From an uncultured bacterium (GTDB taxonomy: Bacteria; Desulfobacterota_D; UBA1144; Nemesobacterales; UBA2774): a stretch of DNA of 64,000 nt. A program made the translations under genes and the position numbers. The notes beneath the pieces are model-generated. The model was not told the DNA's origin and made no database searches. It saw only the letters and a list, made by a program, of their open reading frames with translations. The stretch covers positions 64,001 to 128,000 of the forward strand of contig CAWGRW010000009.1 in assembly GCA_963825135.1 (NCBI GenBank), given 5' to 3'. This document shows, one piece after another, positions 20,046 to 30,953 of this stretch (positions are counted from its first letter, which is position 1; every line of letters starts with the position of its first letter).

Positions 20046-20963
20046 ATGAGAATAGGAAACAAACAATACGGCATGGGATGGCTGCCGGACTATCCGGATT
20101 TTAGAGACTATTCGATTAACTATGACCGAGTATCCAAATTTAAAAAGTCATTGGGGCAGGAGAAGTCAATAAAGCAAATGCTTAAGGAAGTGGGCATCTT
20201 AAATAAATCCGGCAAAAAATTAGCTAGTTCAGCCGACCTTCGCCCGTGGTGCCCGCCAATCGAGGATCAGGAAAACCTCGGCTCATGTACCGCCCACGCG
20301 GGGGTGGGTATTGTTGAATATTTCGAAAGACGCGCATTCGGGAGGCACATCGACGCATCGAGATTGTTTCTCTACAAAGTTACGAGAAGGCTCGCAAATT
20401 TGTCAGGCGACAGCGGGGCATTTTTACGGTCCACGATGGGCGCTCTTGCACTATTCGGAGTACCGCCCGAGGAATATTGGCCATACAATATATCCGATTT
20501 TGAAGTCGAGCCCACCGCATTCTGCTACTCATTCGCTCAGAACTATCAAGCTGTAAGTTACTATCGCCTCGACAGCCGTGATGTAAGTACGGACGATCTG
20601 CTGAAAAGGATTAAATTATTCTTATCCGCAGGTCTTCCATCCATGTTTGGTTTCACGGTCTATCGATCCATAGATCAGGGCTATATCTCGGGGAAAATCC
20701 CCTATCCGTCTGAAAATGATATTGAAGATGGGGGGCACGCCGTTATTGCTGTCGGATACGACGACGCCATGAAGATCAAAAATAACAATCCGGGCTCGAA
20801 AGAAACAACCGGCGCCATATTGATAAGGAATTCCTGGGGAACCGGATGGGGCGAGAACGGATACGGCTGGATGCCATATGATTATATCCTGAACGGATTA
20901 GCAGACGATTGGTGGTCGCTTCTGAAAAACGAATGGGTAGATACGGGGAATTTCCAAGTTTGA
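20046..20963 (+). CDS. Papain-family C1 cysteine peptidase
   Basis: DQENLGSCTA (Gln/Cys), GGHAV (His), IRNSWGTGWGENGY (Asn); no signal peptide; AT-rich. Confidence 0.93.
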   Translation: MRIGNKQYGMGWLPDYPDFRDYSINYDRVSKFKKSLGQEKSIKQMLKEVGILNKSGKKLASSADLRPWCPPIEDQENLGSCTAHAGVGIVEYFERRAFGRHIDASRLFLYKVTRRLANLSGDSGAFLRSTMGALALFGVPPEEYWPYNISDFEVEPTAFCYSFAQNYQAVSYYRLDSRDVSTDDLLKRIKLFLSAGLPSMFGFTVYRSIDQGYISGKIPYPSENDIEDGGHAVIAVGYDDAMKIKNNNPGSKETTGAILIRNSWGTGWGENGYGWMPYDYILNGLADDWWSLLKNEWVDTGNFQV

Positions 20964-21088
20964 TGATTCTCGCTATTTCATGGCCGAATTTCTTTAGCAA
21001 AGCGCAAGGTCAATTGGAGAACATTTACAATTCAGATCCAACAAGAACAAGATATGTAAAACAATCCTAAACAATGGAGGTAAGCAAA

Positions 21089-21775
21089 ATGGTCTATATT
21101 CCAGAACCCGATATCATATACCGTCCCTCAGCGGATATTGAAAACCTGCGCATGTTCAATGCTATGCCAAAAAGAGCCGCAATGGCTTTAGAAGCAATAA
21201 AAGTGGACCCGAACATCACGGATATAGAAATGCGTTTGAAAAATGTATTCATTATCGATAATCGTGATCCGGGGAAGGGAGATATTTACATTGTTACTTT
21301 GGTAACTGACAATGTATCAAAAGAGCCTTTTTCTTTGAATATTAAGACATTCGAAGATATCCATGATAACGAAGCACTTCAGATTGCACCAGGTGGACTT
21401 ACGATATACAGAAATCCGGCCAACACTCTTCCTAGGTACCTGGATTTTAGAATTCTAGTTATGGAATCCGACCAGGAAATGAGGGATGCAGGAAGTCTTA
21501 TTTCAGAAATCACGAGCAGTGAACAATTTAAATCAGTTAGAGATGGGATTATCGGAATGGTGGTCAGTACCAACCCCGCAACTGCTCTTATAACAGCAGG
21601 AGCGGATATTGTGATAGGTTTGATAAGTACCATATTAAAAATGAATAGGGATGATCAAATAATATATATTGTCGGATCCTTCAATGATAAGATCGACCAT
21701 TGGGGGGTAGATTACGGACCGATCAACCAAAAGAATACCTATTCTAAGGTATCGTATCAAGTTCTTGTTGTTTAA
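21089..21775 (+). CDS. Hypothetical protein, AT-rich
   Basis: GGAGG RBS, long ORF; hydrophobic segment ALITAGADIVIGLISTIL. Confidence 0.7.
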   Translation: MVYIPEPDIIYRPSADIENLRMFNAMPKRAAMALEAIKVDPNITDIEMRLKNVFIIDNRDPGKGDIYIVTLVTDNVSKEPFSLNIKTFEDIHDNEALQIAPGGLTIYRNPANTLPRYLDFRILVMESDQEMRDAGSLISEITSSEQFKSVRDGIIGMVVSTNPATALITAGADIVIGLISTILKMNRDDQIIYIVGSFNDKIDHWGVDYGPINQKNTYSKVSYQVLVV

Positions 21776-22261
21776 GATATATATCTATCGAACTTTAATA
21801 CTTAAGAATGAAGGAGTCGTATGCTTTCGGTGACTTTGTCCAACATCTTCCGATATCGCAAATTCTCGGCAGGCGCATAACGCATAATAAGCACACGGAC
21901 CCCCCTTTTTAAACCAAGAGGTTGGGTGATACGATTGCGAACAAGTAACGTTTTCGACCAACAGTTCTGAGCAAGCGCAAGAACTGGTCGCTGACGGCTG
22001 ATTGCTATTAGATAACTGTATTATGTACTAAGCATATCAAAACAAATTAGAGAAATCGGACTCCCCCGGCTGACTGCAATATTGAAAGTATATCTCGCCG
22101 ACCATCCGAAACCAAAATGAATCGGTCGCCCTAGCTGACCTGGCTCGTCATAAATTAACCTCGGCAAAGAACCTCCCCTCGTCAGGCGCGCAATGAGCGC
22201 ACCCTCCCCTATTGATGAACCCGGCAATTTCGGTAAACTAATCTACTCTTTAAATAAATAC

Positions 22262-22338
22262 GCGCCCGTAGCTCAATTGGACAGAGTGCTTGACTACGGA
22301 TCAAGAGGTTGGGGGTTCAACTCCCTCCGGGCGCGCCA
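22262..22338 (+). tRNA. tRNA-Arg(ACG)
   Basis: GCGCCCG/CGGGCGC acceptor stem, CTTGA-CT-ACG-GA-TCAAG anticodon arm, GGTTCAACTCC, encoded CCA. Confidence 0.97.
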
Positions 22339-22755
22339 CTTTCCCGAAGAATAGTGACAGGGTTGCCATTTACCACCAGCGACCGGTTCTTGCGCACGCT
22401 CAGAACCGTTCCTCCGGGCGCGCCACTTTCCCGAAGAATAGTAACTATCTTGCACTTAGCCACTAGTGACCGGTTCCTTTGGTTTCATTGGATTTCCCAG
22501 AAACATCCGCATTCTCGCACTCATCCAAGGGCGTCCGAATTCTCTTATCCATCGATTCCTCCTATTCGTCGAAACCGTTTCCGGGCGCGCACTTCTTTCC
22601 CGAAGCACAGCGGCAGTGTTGCCATTTACCACCAGTGACCGATTCCTCCTGTTCGCGAAACCGTTCCTCCGGGCGCGCCACACTTTCCCGAAGCATAGTT
22701 ACAAGGTTGCCATTTGCCGCCAGCGACCGATTCCTCTTATTCATCGGAAAACGGT
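22324..22755 (+). repeat. Four ~87-bp repeats each starting with the tRNA-Arg 3' end
   Basis: CCTCCGGGCGCGCCA-CTTTCCCGAAG...TTGCCATTT...GACCG...AACCGTT units at 22324, 22411, ~22579, 22666. Confidence 0.9.
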
Positions 22756-22934
22756 GACGGCGTGCTCGACGATTCCCTCGACACGGACGGGGACGGGCTC
22801 GCGGACATCGTTCAATCGAGCTCCGGGGGCCGTGTCTGATTCGGGATATCGAGTCCCTCCGGGCCGACGGAGCTCAGGGGAATTTCCGTTGGCGAATGCC
22901 GTGAATGCGGTATAAACTCTTCCTGAGCATCCAT

Positions 22935-23669
22935 ATGGAAATCGAGAACAAAATCGCTCTCGTAACGGGCGCGTCTTCGGGGATAGGCCGCGCCCTCGCA
23001 AGGCTCCTTTCCGAAAAGGGCGCCAGGGTCGCTCTCGTGGCCAGGTCCGGGGAGAAGCTCGAAGCCCTCTCGAAAGAACTCCCGCAGTCGCTCGCCATCC
23101 CGGCCGATATGACCGTCAGGGCCGACATAGAAAGGGCCGTCAATAAAACGATGGATCGTTTCGGGGGAATCGACATACTCGTCAATAACGCCGGCAGGGG
23201 GTACGACTCGCCCATCGAAAAAATAGACCTCGGCACGTTCCGGAGCATACTGGAATTAAACGTGCTCGGCCCCGTAACCGCCATGCAGCTCGTCATCCCG
23301 GTCATGAGAAGCCGCGGCGGCGGGATGATCGTCAACGTGACCTCGGGCACGGCGTTAATGTATCTGCCTAACATGAGCCCCTACTCTTCCTCGAAACGGG
23401 CCCTGGCCGGCATCACCCTTACGGCGCGGGAAGAGCTGAAAAAGGACAATATCAGGGTCTCGGTCGTTTACCCGTTTATCACGGACACGGAGTTCGAAAA
23501 AAATACGATCAGGGAAATTGTCGAGGAAGAGGACGCGGCGGCAGATGAGCGGCTCAGGCCCGATACGGCCGAATACATAGCGCAAAGAATATGCGAAGGC
23601 ATCGAGAAAGAAGAGGCCGAAATCTTCGCACACGACTGGATGAAGAACCTTCCGGTCAGGCCGGAATAG
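22935..23669 (+). CDS. SDR family oxidoreductase
   Basis: TGASSGIG, NNAG, YSSSK. Confidence 0.93.
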   Translation: MEIENKIALVTGASSGIGRALARLLSEKGARVALVARSGEKLEALSKELPQSLAIPADMTVRADIERAVNKTMDRFGGIDILVNNAGRGYDSPIEKIDLGTFRSILELNVLGPVTAMQLVIPVMRSRGGGMIVNVTSGTALMYLPNMSPYSSSKRALAGITLTAREELKKDNIRVSVVYPFITDTEFEKNTIREIVEEEDAAADERLRPDTAEYIAQRICEGIEKEEAEIFAHDWMKNLPVRPE

Positions 23670-23762
23670 AACCGCCCGCCGTCCGGCGCCGCTTCCGTTT
23701 CCCCTCATCAAATTGTAGACTTGTATGCCGGCGCGTTTAACCGGAGGGAAGGAGAGAGCGGA

Positions 23763-24450
23763 GTGACGACGTCCGAGCCATCGAGAACGAGCAGGGAATC
23801 GCTTGCAGTCTGCCTCGCCGCCGTTGCGGGGTACGTGGACGCCTACGGATTCCTCACGTTCAGCACGTTCGTATCTTTCATGAGCGGGAACACGACGCAC
23901 GCGGGCATTAAGCTCGGGCTCGGGACGTATGACGCCGCGCTCCCGGCCGCGGCGGCGATACTGTCCTTCGTCGCGGGCGTATTCGCCGGGACGCTCCTGA
24001 CCTTCTCCCGCTCGCGCCAATCGCGCCGCCTGCTCTACCTGTGTATCGCCGCCCTACTCGCGCTCAATATCGACGCCTCGCGCCTGGCCTCATCATTTAT
24101 ATACCTCGGCATCGCGATGCTCAGCTTTACGATGGGGATGATGAACACGGCGCTCTCACGCGTGGGGAATATCATGGTGAACCTCACATTCGTGACGGGC
24201 ACTCTGAGCCAGATAGGGAGTTACCTTGCCCTAGCCGCAAACCGCGCGCCTGTTCAGGACGGAGAGGGCGTATGGGACACGCACCTGCGCCGCGCTGTAA
24301 TACTCATACTCGTATGGCTGGGGTTCATCGCGGGCGCGATACTCGGGGGGATCGCCACGCCGCGCTTCGGAGTGCGGCTGCTCCTGCTCCCGCTCGTGAT
24401 AATGCTCAGCGCTCGCCGTATTGAGCCCGGCCCGGGACGCGGGCGACTGA
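23763..24450 (+). CDS. YoaK/DUF1275 membrane protein (likely indel near 24408)
   Basis: AGYVDAYGF...FVSFMSGNTT, TFVTGTL. Confidence 0.85.
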
Positions 24451-24626
24451 TCCCGGTTGCGGATGCGGCCGGCCCTCCGTCGACGGATGCGCGGACGAGG
24501 GGAAGAAATCTCTTTTCTCCTATCGATTAGAAATTGCATCCGTCGTAAAGATAATAGACTCTAATTGCAATATTAAACAGGAAGGCGGTTTGCGGCCCGG
24601 TTATCAACCGGGGCAAGGAGACAACG

Positions 24627-25424
24627 ATGGCCGACACGATTATCGATGAGTTTTTTGCCGCGCTCGTCTCTGGAGGAGCGGAGGCGGCCCTGAAGCTTGT
24701 TACGCCCGACGCAACATTCGAGGCGCAGGGGCCTGCGAGCGTTCCGATCTACGGGCGGTTTGAAGGACACGACGGCGTCCGCCGCTTCATCGCCACACTG
24801 GGCGAATTGTTCGACACCGAGCGGTTCGAGATCCGCCAATCCACCCAGAGCGGCGAAATCGCATTCGCGTACGGGTACATGCAGCACCGCGTGCGGAGGG
24901 CCGGCCAGGTGTTCCGTTCGGAGTGGGCGCTCTACTGTGAAGTGCGCGGCGGCCGCATCCGTACCTACAAGATGTTCGAGGACACCGCCGCGCTGACCGC
25001 GGCTTACGGCGGAACGACTGAGGTCACAGAAAGCGACAGGTTTACGAGCGGGCTCGCGAAGTTAAAGGAAATCGACGGCGAAGCCGGCGAGCAGGTCATC
25101 GACGCACTCAAAGACATAGCACCCGACCTCGCCCGATACACCGTCGAGTTTCCGTTCGGCGACATTTACCGGCGGCCCGGTTTGGACCTGCGGTCGAGAG
25201 AGATTGCAACAGTTGCCGCCCTTACCACGCTTGGCACCGCACAGCCTCAGCTCAAAGTGCATATTCACGGTGCCCTCAACGTCGGATGCACGCGCACCGA
25301 AATCGTCGAGGTCATCATTCAGATGGCCGTATACGCGGGGTTTCCAGCCGCGCTCAACGGCATGTTCACCGCCAGGGAGGTTTTTGCGGAGCGCGACGCC
25401 GGAGGGAATACGGACAAGCCTTGA
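24627..25424 (+). CDS. SnoaL/NTF2-like plus carboxymuconolactone decarboxylase (CMD) fusion
   Basis: N-terminus [12 protein letters not shown]...FEDTAAL; C-terminus [25 protein letters not shown]...[10 protein letters not shown]. Confidence 0.85.
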   Translation: MADTIIDEFFAALVSGGAEAALKLVTPDATFEAQGPASVPIYGRFEGHDGVRRFIATLGELFDTERFEIRQSTQSGEIAFAYGYMQHRVRRAGQVFRSEWALYCEVRGGRIRTYKMFEDTAALTAAYGGTTEVTESDRFTSGLAKLKEIDGEAGEQVIDALKDIAPDLARYTVEFPFGDIYRRPGLDLRSREIATVAALTTLGTAQPQLKVHIHGALNVGCTRTEIVEVIIQMAVYAGFPAALNGMFTAREVFAERDAGGNTDKP

Positions 25425-25505
25425 CGGCTGCCGCGGCTCAATCACCCGGCGACTGATCCGGATTAGAGATCGACAAAGGGCGAGGGCCCGGCAAGCGCCC
25501 CGGCC

Positions 25506-26610
25506 CTAGCGCCCGTGTTCAGGACGTTCAGCGGCGATGACCCCGTCATATGCCGCGCGGGCGTACGCGTTATACCCCGCTTCGAGCGGATGGCCGTCGT
25601 CGGTCGTCGAATAGACGCTTGAAGAGCCCGCGAGCTCCCTCTCGACGTACGGACGGGCGTCCGCGAACCTGATGTCCTGCTCTTTGAAGAACCGCGACAA
25701 CGCCGCCGTGACCTCGTTTTCATTCTCGACGAGCCCCGCGTAATCGGCCGGGAGCTTGTAGTCCCGCTTCTTCAGATAGTCGAAGAACACCGCCTCTTTC
25801 GAGGGGATGAGCACGACGCTGAACTCTATGCCCAGGGCGTCGGCTTTCTTCTTCATCTCGCGCAGGAGGTCTTCCGTCACCGCGAGGCCGAGCGATATGC
25901 GCTTGCGCGAGAGGTCCATCTTCTTCATGTGAGAATTTATCGTCGCGTATTTGATTATGGTCGGGTTCTTCGCGTCCCTGACCTCGAGCGCGTCCCCGAA
26001 ATTGACGCTCTCGTTCACGCGCTTTACCGCCGAGGCCGCCATCCAGTACACGTGGAGCCCGGACAGGGTCCGGTTAACGCGGCCGAGCCAGTCAGAGGAA
26101 CCGGCGCAGACACCTGCGTCGTAGCCGCGCGCCTGTGCCCACTCCCTCCAGTACTCCGACTCGTCGATCATCTTGCATACGTCGCTCAGGTCGTTGGCCG
26201 GGTATAGACCCAGAATTATGCGTTTCGGTTTTAACGCGGTCGCTCTGTCGAAGAGATAATAATATTGAAGAGGGCCGTACCCGCCGACGCCGAGGTTGTA
26301 AACGGTCATGCCGGACATGACCGCGAGCTGCCGGGGCCACGACTTCTCCGACTTCACGTTCACGCCGTACGTCTGCGAATCCCCGAGAACGGCTATATCC
26401 GCCGTCTCCGGGAACCTCGGGGTTCCTGAACCCGTTCTCGTCTATCCCGGGCAGGGACGGGTCGATCCTCCGCCCGAGCCTTTCGTCATAGACCTGGCTG
26501 TTTTTGGGCGAATATATGAGGAAGGTCGAAAGTACTCTCAGCCCGAGCTCGAGAATTATGAGCGAAAACACAATGGCGCCCGCGAGGACGACTATTTTTT
26601 TTGCATTCAT
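25506..26610 (-). CDS. SGNH/GDSL-like hydrolase, membrane anchored (frameshift near 26410)
   Basis: ELGLR...IDENGFR, then shifted frame LGDSQTYG, NLGVGGYGP, ND, DGHP. Confidence 0.8.
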
Positions 26611-26865
26611 GGGGCCGTGCTCCTGCGCAGGGTTGAAAGATAGCATTATATTCGGCCGCTTTCCAATCGGGCGGGATACGGGCGGACCCGCTCATAAAGC
26701 CGCTGTCTCTCCGTTGACTCGCGAGAGCGGTTAGCGTATAATTCGGGAGACTTAATTATTTACCACGGTATGCACATAACTAGCTGAGAACACTAATACG
26801 AGCAGGCCTCGCATCGCATAAACCGACGCGGTGACGGCAGACTGAATCTCTTACAGGAGGCGGAT

Positions 26866-28683
26866 ATGGGACGGAGCAGCAGGCGGGAATTCTTAAGGCG
26901 GGTGGGACAGGCCGGTATTGCGCTTGGCATCGGATCGAACCTGGGATCGCTCGCAGGGTGCGACAGCGTGAACAGCGCGTCGGGCCGGTACGATGTAATC
27001 ATAATCGGCGGCGGGACTGCGGGGACTATTGTGGCCGCAAAGCTCCAGGCTGCGAGCGGCGGGCGTAAGCGCATCCTGATAATCGAAGCGGGCGGCCCTA
27101 CCGCGGCCTCCATAGGCGGGACCGACTATCCCGTGTGGCTGCCGCCCGACAGAAACGACCTCACCATCTTCGACGTGCCGGGGCAATACTCGCAGATCCC
27201 TTTCACGCCGGCGGGCGCACCGTATCAGCTGACAGAAACGCCGTTCACGTATCAGGGCATCGGGCTCGGGGGCAATTCCCAGTTCAACGGGATGCTCTTC
27301 CAGACTAACCCTCCGCTCGTGTTCAACCGCTCATGGCCCGGGGGATGGGGCTGGAAAGACATGGCCCCATACTTCAAACGCATCCGGCAGAATATTCCCA
27401 TAACCAATACACCGTCCACGAACGGGATACCGCAAAATACCGGCCCTGCAGAGATCGTGCATCCGCTCTACGAAAGCATGGGCTGGGTGCAGGGCGATAC
27501 GAGCAGGCCTTTCCCTGAGGATGGCGTGTACAGCAGACCCTACGTCGCGGCCGAGGACGGGAGGCGCGCGGGCCCGGTCAGCGCGTATTTCGAGGAGGTC
27601 GATCCGGGGGGCGTTCCCGTCGAGGGTCTCGAGATACTGGAATTCACGAAAGCGGACCTTATAGAATTCGACGACAACGGCAGGGCCGCGGCCGTGCACT
27701 ACACGAGCCGCGGCGCGCTCGACCAGAAGCTGCCCGGAGAGCCCGGAACGGCGAGGCTGAAAAAGAACGGGCTCCTCATTATGGCCGCCGGGGGGCTCGT
27801 AACCCCGAGGCTGTTATTGCTGAGCGGCGTCGGCCCCAGGGGGCGCGAGGCGGAGATATTCCCCGGACAGTCGCCCGCTCCTTTCACCATAGATAATCAG
27901 CATGTGGGCGTGGGGCTGTTCGACCACGTTCTGACAATGGTCACTTACGGCTACGACGGTCCCGTCCCGTATCAGGCGTACAACTACGGCGACTACGCCG
28001 GGAACGAGGCCGACCTCGAGGCTTACCTGGAAAACGGCCGCGGGCCATACGCGCAGTACCAGCCCGTGTCCATACTCAATTACAGGTACAACTCCGATGT
28101 GCCGAACGTCGAGGTGTTCCTGAACCCGAACGGGGCGGGAACGCCAGGAGGCCCTTATTACGGGCCGAATACGTTCTCCGCGTTCATGATGCTGTTAAAT
28201 CCCAAGTCGCGCGGGCTCGTCACGCTCGATGAAAACGGGAACGTGAGGTTCCCGAACATCTACATGCCTCCCGACACCCCCGAAGGACAGGAGGACATAG
28301 AGATCATGACGCAGGCGACGTTCGATATCATACAGCTTTTCAAGGAAGACAAGGGGCTGGGCATCGTATTCGGACCCGGAAGCGCGGGCTTTCCCGACCT
28401 CGACCCCGATATTATTGACGACATACGCACGTATGTGACGAGCCCGTCTCCCGTGGACGGCGTGTATTTCAGCAGGCTCACGGTCAATCACTGGGGCGGC
28501 ACGGCGCGTCTTACGGACGGCCCGGGAGGCGTCGATCCCGGGACCCTCATACTCAGGGGCACGGAGAACGTGGCGGTGGTGGACGCGTCGCTGATACCGA
28601 CGGTAGTCCCGGCGCATCCGGTCGGCACGATAATGGCCGTCGCCGACAGGGCGGGCGATATCCTCGCCGCCCGCATCGGTTGA
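26866..28683 (+). CDS. Tat-exported GMC oxidoreductase lipoprotein (cellobiose-dehydrogenase-like flavin domain)
   Basis: SRREFL...LAGC; IGGGTAG; GLGGNSQFNG; NHWGGT; VVDAS...AHPVGT. Confidence 0.88.
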   Translation: MGRSSRREFLRRVGQAGIALGIGSNLGSLAGCDSVNSASGRYDVIIIGGGTAGTIVAAKLQAASGGRKRILIIEAGGPTAASIGGTDYPVWLPPDRNDLTIFDVPGQYSQIPFTPAGAPYQLTETPFTYQGIGLGGNSQFNGMLFQTNPPLVFNRSWPGGWGWKDMAPYFKRIRQNIPITNTPSTNGIPQNTGPAEIVHPLYESMGWVQGDTSRPFPEDGVYSRPYVAAEDGRRAGPVSAYFEEVDPGGVPVEGLEILEFTKADLIEFDDNGRAAAVHYTSRGALDQKLPGEPGTARLKKNGLLIMAAGGLVTPRLLLLSGVGPRGREAEIFPGQSPAPFTIDNQHVGVGLFDHVLTMVTYGYDGPVPYQAYNYGDYAGNEADLEAYLENGRGPYAQYQPVSILNYRYNSDVPNVEVFLNPNGAGTPGGPYYGPNTFSAFMMLLNPKSRGLVTLDENGNVRFPNIYMPPDTPEGQEDIEIMTQATFDIIQLFKEDKGLGIVFGPGSAGFPDLDPDIIDDIRTYVTSPSPVDGVYFSRLTVNHWGGTARLTDGPGGVDPGTLILRGTENVAVVDASLIPTVVPAHPVGTIMAVADRAGDILAARIG

Positions 28684-28762
28684 GGGAGACACATTCGTTC
28701 ACTGACTATTTCGTCACATTATATGGTAAACGTACTACGTGCAAACATATTGACGACGTTCT

Positions 28763-30002
28763 TCACCCCGGCAACACATCATCCGCGGTCTCGCCCTTTC
28801 TTATTATCCTCGCCTTGCCTTCTTCTATAATTACTATCGGCGGGCGGGGGAATATGAACGCGGTCGATTGCGGGATGTTGTAGGCGCCGACGTTTTTTAC
28901 CACGAGCCTGTCGCCGGCTTTTAATTCGGGGAGCTCACATTTTCCGATTATGTCCGTCTGAAGACAGAGCGGCCCGTAAACCGTCGCCTCTCGCAAACCC
29001 CCTCCCCTTTCGTCAACGCACTCAACATCCTGAAACCTCCAGAAAGAAGTGGGAAGGATGTTTATGCCGCTATCGACGACTACGGCCCTGACCCCGCCCG
29101 CAAGCTCCTTCACGGCGACGACAGTAGTGACCAGGTGCACGGCGTCGCTTACGATCGCCCTCCCCGGCTCTAGTATCAGGAGCGGCGGGTCCTCTTTCCC
29201 GAATCCCTCCAATATAGGCCCGGTCACGGCTTCGACGTAGGGCGCGATCGAGCCGACCGTCGGGAACCCGCCTCCCATGTCGATGTACTTCATCACGGAC
29301 GCCGAACCGCTCCCTCATCTCGATCGAGAAGCGCGTCATCTCTTCTGCAGCCTTACGGTACGCGCGCGGGTCTTTCGGCCATATGAGTCTCACGTGCCTA
29401 GCCGGCATGCCCCCTTCCCCGTGGGGCTCGACTATGTAGCTCGTCAGGTGGACGTGTAGCCCGGCGATCCTGATCAGCTTATTCCGTGAAGCGCTCTCCA
29501 CGGCGCGCTCCGCCTCCCCCGATTCGATATTGAAGCCGAACCTGTCGGGCATCTGGTCTATGCCCGTCTCCATGCTCACTCTTAAGCCTATATCGACAGG
29601 GCCGCCATCTTCACGGGCGATCTCTTCGAGAAGTTCTATTTCCACCATATGGTCGGCGTTTATAAGGGCGCCTTCTTTTACGGACTTCCTCAGCTCTTCC
29701 TTCTTCTTATACGGCCCGTTCAAAACGATAGAGCTCCCGGGCACGCCCATCCTCCGCGCGATCTCGTATTCGAATCCCGAGGCGGCCTCCGCCCATAGGC
29801 CCTCGCAGTGTATGATCCCGAGTATGGCGGGGACGGAGTTTACCTTGTACGAGTATGCGGTTTCGATATGGGGATAGACGGAAGAAAACGCGGCCGTGAA
29901 CGCCCGGCAGTTATTGATTATCACCGAAGCCGAAGCGATGAAAATGGGCGAGCCGAATTCGCTTGCCAGATCGTCGATCGAAACACCGTCTATTTTATTC
30001 AT
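28763..30002 (-). CDS. Fold-type III PLP decarboxylase (LysA/ODC family; frameshift near 29297)
   Basis: YSYKVN, EAASGFE, NGPYK, RFG; after shift IDMGGGFP, EPGRA, GPLCLQTD, GAY. Confidence 0.88.
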
Positions 30003-30008
30003 CGCGTA

Positions 30009-30953
30009 TCAGGCAAACGTCATGAATTTCGATAAATATTTGAGACCCGAATCGGGGAGTATAACGACTATGCGCTCGCCCCTCCCGCGTGTGCGCGCAT
30101 ACTCTATCGCGCCCGCCATCACCGCGCCGCTCGAATCGCCCGCGAGTATGCCTTCTGACTTCACGAGGGCTTCAACCATTTTTAACGCCTCGTCCTCGTA
30201 AACCTGAATCACGTCGTCGATGTAATTGAAGTCGATAACGCCCGGAATGAAGTTCTTCCCTATGCCCTCTATGCTGAACTCCCCACCCTCGACCAGCACG
30301 CGCTTTTCGAGATAGTCCTTGAACACCGAGCCTCGCGGCTCGACGCCGATGATCCTCACGCCCCTGTTCATTTCCTTCAGATACCTGCCTATGCCCGTAA
30401 TCGTCCCCCCGGTCCCTATGCCGCAGACGACGGCGTCCACTTTCCCTTCCGTGTCCCTCCATATCTCCGGGCCCGTGGTCTTGTAATGGGCTTCGGGGTT
30501 GAGCGTGTTGAAATACTGGTTCACGTAGAACCCGCCCCTCTCGCGCGCTATCTTTTGAGCCACCTTGTAGCAGCTCCTCTCGTCGGAGGGCGGCAGCCCC
30601 CTCGGCGTAAGCACGACCTCCGCCCCGAAGAGCTTTATCGCGAGTATCTTCTCCTTGCTTATCGTCTCGGGCAGGGTGAATATGCACCTGTAACCCCTCA
30701 CCGCGCCCACGAGCGCGAACGCGACGCCCATGTTGCCCGACGTGGCCTCGACGATGAGGTCGCCCGGCTTTATGAGCCCCCTCGCCTCCGCGTCGTCGAT
30801 TATGTATTTCGCCACCCTGTCCTTGAAGCTCCCGCTCGGGTTATAGAACTCGAGCTTCGCGTAAACTTCGCTTCCGAGACCGCGGGCGAGCTTGTTCACC
30901 CGGACGAGCGGCGTGTTGCCGATGAGGCTTAAGACGTCCTCTGTTACGTTCAT
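30009..30953 (-). CDS. Cysteine synthase/cystathionine beta-synthase family PLP enzyme
   Basis: IGNTPLV, NPSGSFKDR, ATSGN, GIGTGGT, IEGIG. Confidence 0.93.
   Translation of the reverse strand: MNVTEDVLSLIGNTPLVRVNKLARGLGSEVYAKLEFYNPSGSFKDRVAKYIIDDAEARGLIKPGDLIVEATSGNMGVAFALVGAVRGYRCIFTLPETISKEKILAIKLFGAEVVLTPRGLPPSDERSCYKVAQKIARERGGFYVNQYFNTLNPEAHYKTTGPEIWRDTEGKVDAVVCGIGTGGTITGIGRYLKEMNRGVRIIGVEPRGSVFKDYLEKRVLVEGGEFSIEGIGKNFIPGVIDFNYIDDVIQVYEDEALKMVEALVKSEGILAGDSSGAVMAGAIEYARTRGRGERIVVILPDSGLKYLSKFMTFA

Noticed and set aside
22324..22755. CRISPR array
   Set aside because: Whole units are homologous with no unique spacers of regular length, the repeat is the tRNA 3' end, and no cas genes are present.
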